The position numbers were made by a program, and so were the translations under genes. A stretch of 63,754 bases of DNA, the filler included, from Vezdaea acicularis (lineage: Eukaryota): assembly GCA_026025075.1 (NCBI GenBank). It is 3 parts of 3 records of this genome, joined end to end, with 100 filler letters (N's around TTAATTAATTAA, not from the genome) between each part and the next. Parts side by side here need not be neighbours in the genome. Positions count along the whole stretch, not along the records: positions 59,843 to 63,754 come from JAPEUI010000308.1; 2 more parts are not named here. One strand, written 5' to 3'. Shown piece by piece: positions 60,693 to 63,754 of the stretch. Below the pieces are notes generated by a model that worked only from the letters and a program-made list of their open reading frames with translations, did not search any database and had not been told where the DNA came from. Every line of letters begins with the position of its first letter. Position 1 is the stretch's first letter.

Positions 60693-62152
60693 ATGGTCTA
60701 CTCACTCACCTACCGCCGTCCCGCTCATGTGGACTCGAGCCGTGACTCGCTCAACGGCGATGAGAAGCCCATTTCTTTTGACGAATCCATTCGCTCTAGC
60801 GGCAGTGGTTCGTCGGCTGGAATCCCCGACGCTCTCTCCTTTGACAGGATCATCGACGGGGGCACTTGCCCGGTAAGTCGAAGAGCACACCCCAAGGGGG
60901 AATATCAATTACGCCAATTGATATCAATTCGTATGAAGACCGGTGCTGACATATAGTCCAGCCTTGTACTACTCGCGATTTCATGAACTTTCTTATATAT
61001 ATTGAGCGGGCTCCAGAAAACCTTCAATTCTTCCTCTGGCTGAGAGACTACACCAAGCGGTTTGCCGAGCTTCCCGAGCGAGAGCGAGCTCTTGCCCCCG
61101 AATGGTCCATCGCCATGGCCGAGGAAGAAGCGGCGGCCGCCGCAGCCAGCTCCACTCAGGTGCCGGAGAAGGTCAGCCCAGAGACGGCGGCCCTTTTCAA
61201 GGGCACAGACTTTGCACAAGGCCCTAAGGTCACGGTGACGGACATGAACCCGTTCGAAACTCCACCAAAGACACCTGCCGACATGGAAGATGGCGCATCG
61301 ACCGCACCGACGCAACAAGATCCCACAACTCGTGATGGTGAGTCCACTGTAAGGAGTGGGAACAAGTCATTCCAATCCAAGGCGGCCGGCGCCTTCGAAA
61401 GTGCCGATCTCAAGTGGCAGCCATTCACAATCCAGCCGTTCCGCGAGGAAGTCACCCGCATCATCGCCACATACCTTGCCAAAGACTCACCACGCGAGCT
61501 TAACCTATCTTCCCGCGAACGCACCGCCGTCCTCCACGCCCTCAAGAACACCACGCACCCCACCGCCTTCCGCACCGTCGCAACAACCACGGAATGGTCT
61601 CTCCGCTGCCAAGCCCACCCCAACTTCATCCGCTGGACCATCTGCAACGGCAACCGCCCCCGCGTCATCTTCGCCCGCGGCCTCGGCGTCTCCACCATCC
61701 TCCTCGGCTTCCTCGCCGCCATCCTCATCACCCTCAGCAACGCTCCCCGCGGCTACCGCGCCCTCGCCGCCATCGGCTGGGTCATCGGCGTTGCCACCCT
61801 CATCGCCGCCTGGAAAGGCATGTGTGTCGTCCTCCACGGCATGCACCACCGCCATCTCCGGCCGTGGGAGCTCTTCGATACCGACGACGGCGCGAGCGCG
61901 GAGACCGAGATGAAGAAGTCGTCCTTTGACTCCTTTGGCTCGAGTAATAGCTATGAAGACGAACCGTGGGTCGCGAAATACGAGAAGCGGAATCTAGTCC
62001 GTAAGGTCTTTGATCGTGAGGTCTGGATCCAGGAGCCGGCGCTCCGGCAGATTCAGGATACTATCTTTGTTCAGGCGCTGTGTGGCGCTATCGTCGCTTC
62101 TGCCATTTTTGTCGCGGTCTTTGTTGCTGTTCCCGGTGGCAAGTTGTACTAA
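60693..62152 (+). CDS. RGS-domain protein with three C-terminal TM helices; exons 60693-60872, 60962-62152
   Basis: IPDALSFDRIIDGGTCPPCTTRDFMNFLIYIERAPENLQFFLW, QPFREE..IIATYL..SPRELNLS (split RGS), then TM segments; intron 60873-60961. Confidence 0.88.
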
Positions 62153-63754
62153 GATCCAAAATTATCTTAAAAGTGAATTTCTGCGAACATGTAACTGAAC
62201 ATCGACGGCTACCTGGGGCAGCTTGATGTTGTCCTGGAGCTGGGAGGAATGGGTGCGTGGTGGCTTGGTTTGGTGTGGGATACCCTTTTTGCTCGTTGTA
62301 TCTGGATACTGCTTGTGTGCATCCTTTTTCCTTCCTTCCTGTCGGTTACGCATTGTGGATTGCGCCTCGTCGACAGACGGATGTATGGCTCTTTGTCAGA
62401 GCACTGTTTACCGGCGCTAACCTGTTAGAAACTGCAGTTCGCGGCGCAATGTAGTTATGTAGAGCTTACCCTCGCTGTTGTGGGATATGTAGAAAATAAA
62501 CCTCAAACCCCCAAAAATCCAACCCCTCCAACCCCGCATTTCCCCCCCCTCCTCCAACCCCTGCTCAAAACCCATCCAACAGCTCATTCGCGGAAGGGCA
62601 TCGGCGCCAGGAACGCTCCCCCCACCCCCACCACGCCTTCACTTCTCGCTTCGCCGGGGTCTACACGGGGTATTACAGTAGCTATGTCAATTCCTCCAAG
62701 ACATGGAGTGTTCGGGGTACCTGTATCGGTACTACTGTTATTTATCCATTACTATACATCTTCTACATCTTCTACGTATCAATCTCTCCAGCTATTGTAG
62801 CATGAACTGCGTACACGTACATACACTGGTCGTGGCGTGGGTAAGCTTGACGCAGTGCAAGACGCAAGAAAGTTGGATGGAGAAGGGAGCGCCGTAGGCC
62901 TGAGCAAGGGAGGGCGGCCCCTTCGAACGACCCCGCGGATCCAGCTGACAACCCGCAAGACAATGCGCCAGACTTGAGGGAGAGGGCAGCAAGGGGCAGC
63001 CATCGCGGCGGAAGCGCCCGCAGGAGGGACTTCCGCCTGGTTTTGCGAGGGTACGGGGGGTTTCCGGCCTGCGGGGCAGACTGGATGGGCGGAAGGGGCG
63101 GGGCAGCAAATGGGCGGGGGGTGGGGGGGGCGACGGGCTCGGCGGTGCTCCGTCCGCCCCGCACTCGCTTGGCTTGGGGATCTCCCGCACGCCGCGCTCG
63201 CGCCTCCCGATGCGCGCACCCTCCCTTTGTTTTCCATACGTACGTGTAAGCAGAGCCTCGTATCCACCACGGAGTGAACCCTGGAGAACCCTGCGTCGTA
63301 CCGCCTTTATTACCCTTGCGGTGCTCACCGCGTTCATTCTTGTGTTCTGAGGTGCCGGCGAGTGTAACGTCCGAGGTATAGGTGAGCGCTGCGGTGCCGT
63401 AGCACATCTAAACCCCGGGTTTTCACGTCAGCGGATCAGAGGGATGACTTGGTGGTGTTTGATGTGTCTGGTAGACGCTTCTGAGGCTTTGTTTGGGTTG
63501 GTTGATGGAGTGGCGGCGGATGCTGCGCTGTGTGCTCGATGACAGTCGGGACGGCGGGGATTGGGTATCCTTGCTCCTGAGAGGACCTGGTGATGGGTTT
63601 TGGAGCTACCTACGGCTTCTTCATCCTGGTGGCTGATCTCAGCTTACTGGACTTGGTTCGATATGGGAGTAGGGTTGGTATTGTATATCTCTTGAGGCTT
63701 TCTTCCGTTGTCTGGCTGATATTCAAAACGCTTTGCAAAGTGGAGTATTTTTTT

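Noticed and set aside
62772..63407. Overlapping 160-210-aa ORFs in three minus-strand frames
   Set aside because: GC-rich low-complexity DNA with few stops; no recognisable domain or splice structure.

Overview
Intron-containing genomic DNA from a filamentous ascomycete (Pezizomycotina-type genes and GT-AG introns with CTRAY branch points). It is three contigs joined by two identical artificial 100-nt spacers (N44-TTAATTAATTAA-N44 at 30058-30157 and 59743-59842), so no synteny can be read across them. Contig 1 (1-30057) is mostly housekeeping: PGA1-like, SUZ12-like, an LRR protein, a WW/prion-like protein, an F-box-like protein, a CorA-like protein, a CTL transporter, a Rab GTPase, PMT2, a GPI-anchored protein, CysRS, TRM61 and a truncated secreted protein with an aerolysin-like hairpin. 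Contig 2 (30158-59742) has a conserved core (CTNNBL1, RPB2, DUR3, partial BOI-like gene) interleaved with accessory DNA: a KP4 killer-toxin-like gene, three DUF6594-type loci and a 443-bp TA-flanked pogo-type MITE. Contig 3 has an RGS-domain membrane protein. The most unusual signal is a ~730-bp array between RPB2 and DUR3 (44920-45650): four diverged ~180-bp units, each folding into two long hairpins preserved by compensatory and G-U substitutions, which suggests a structured, possibly polycistronic non-coding RNA locus. All calls come from reading the sequence by eye; no database searches or folding programs were run.
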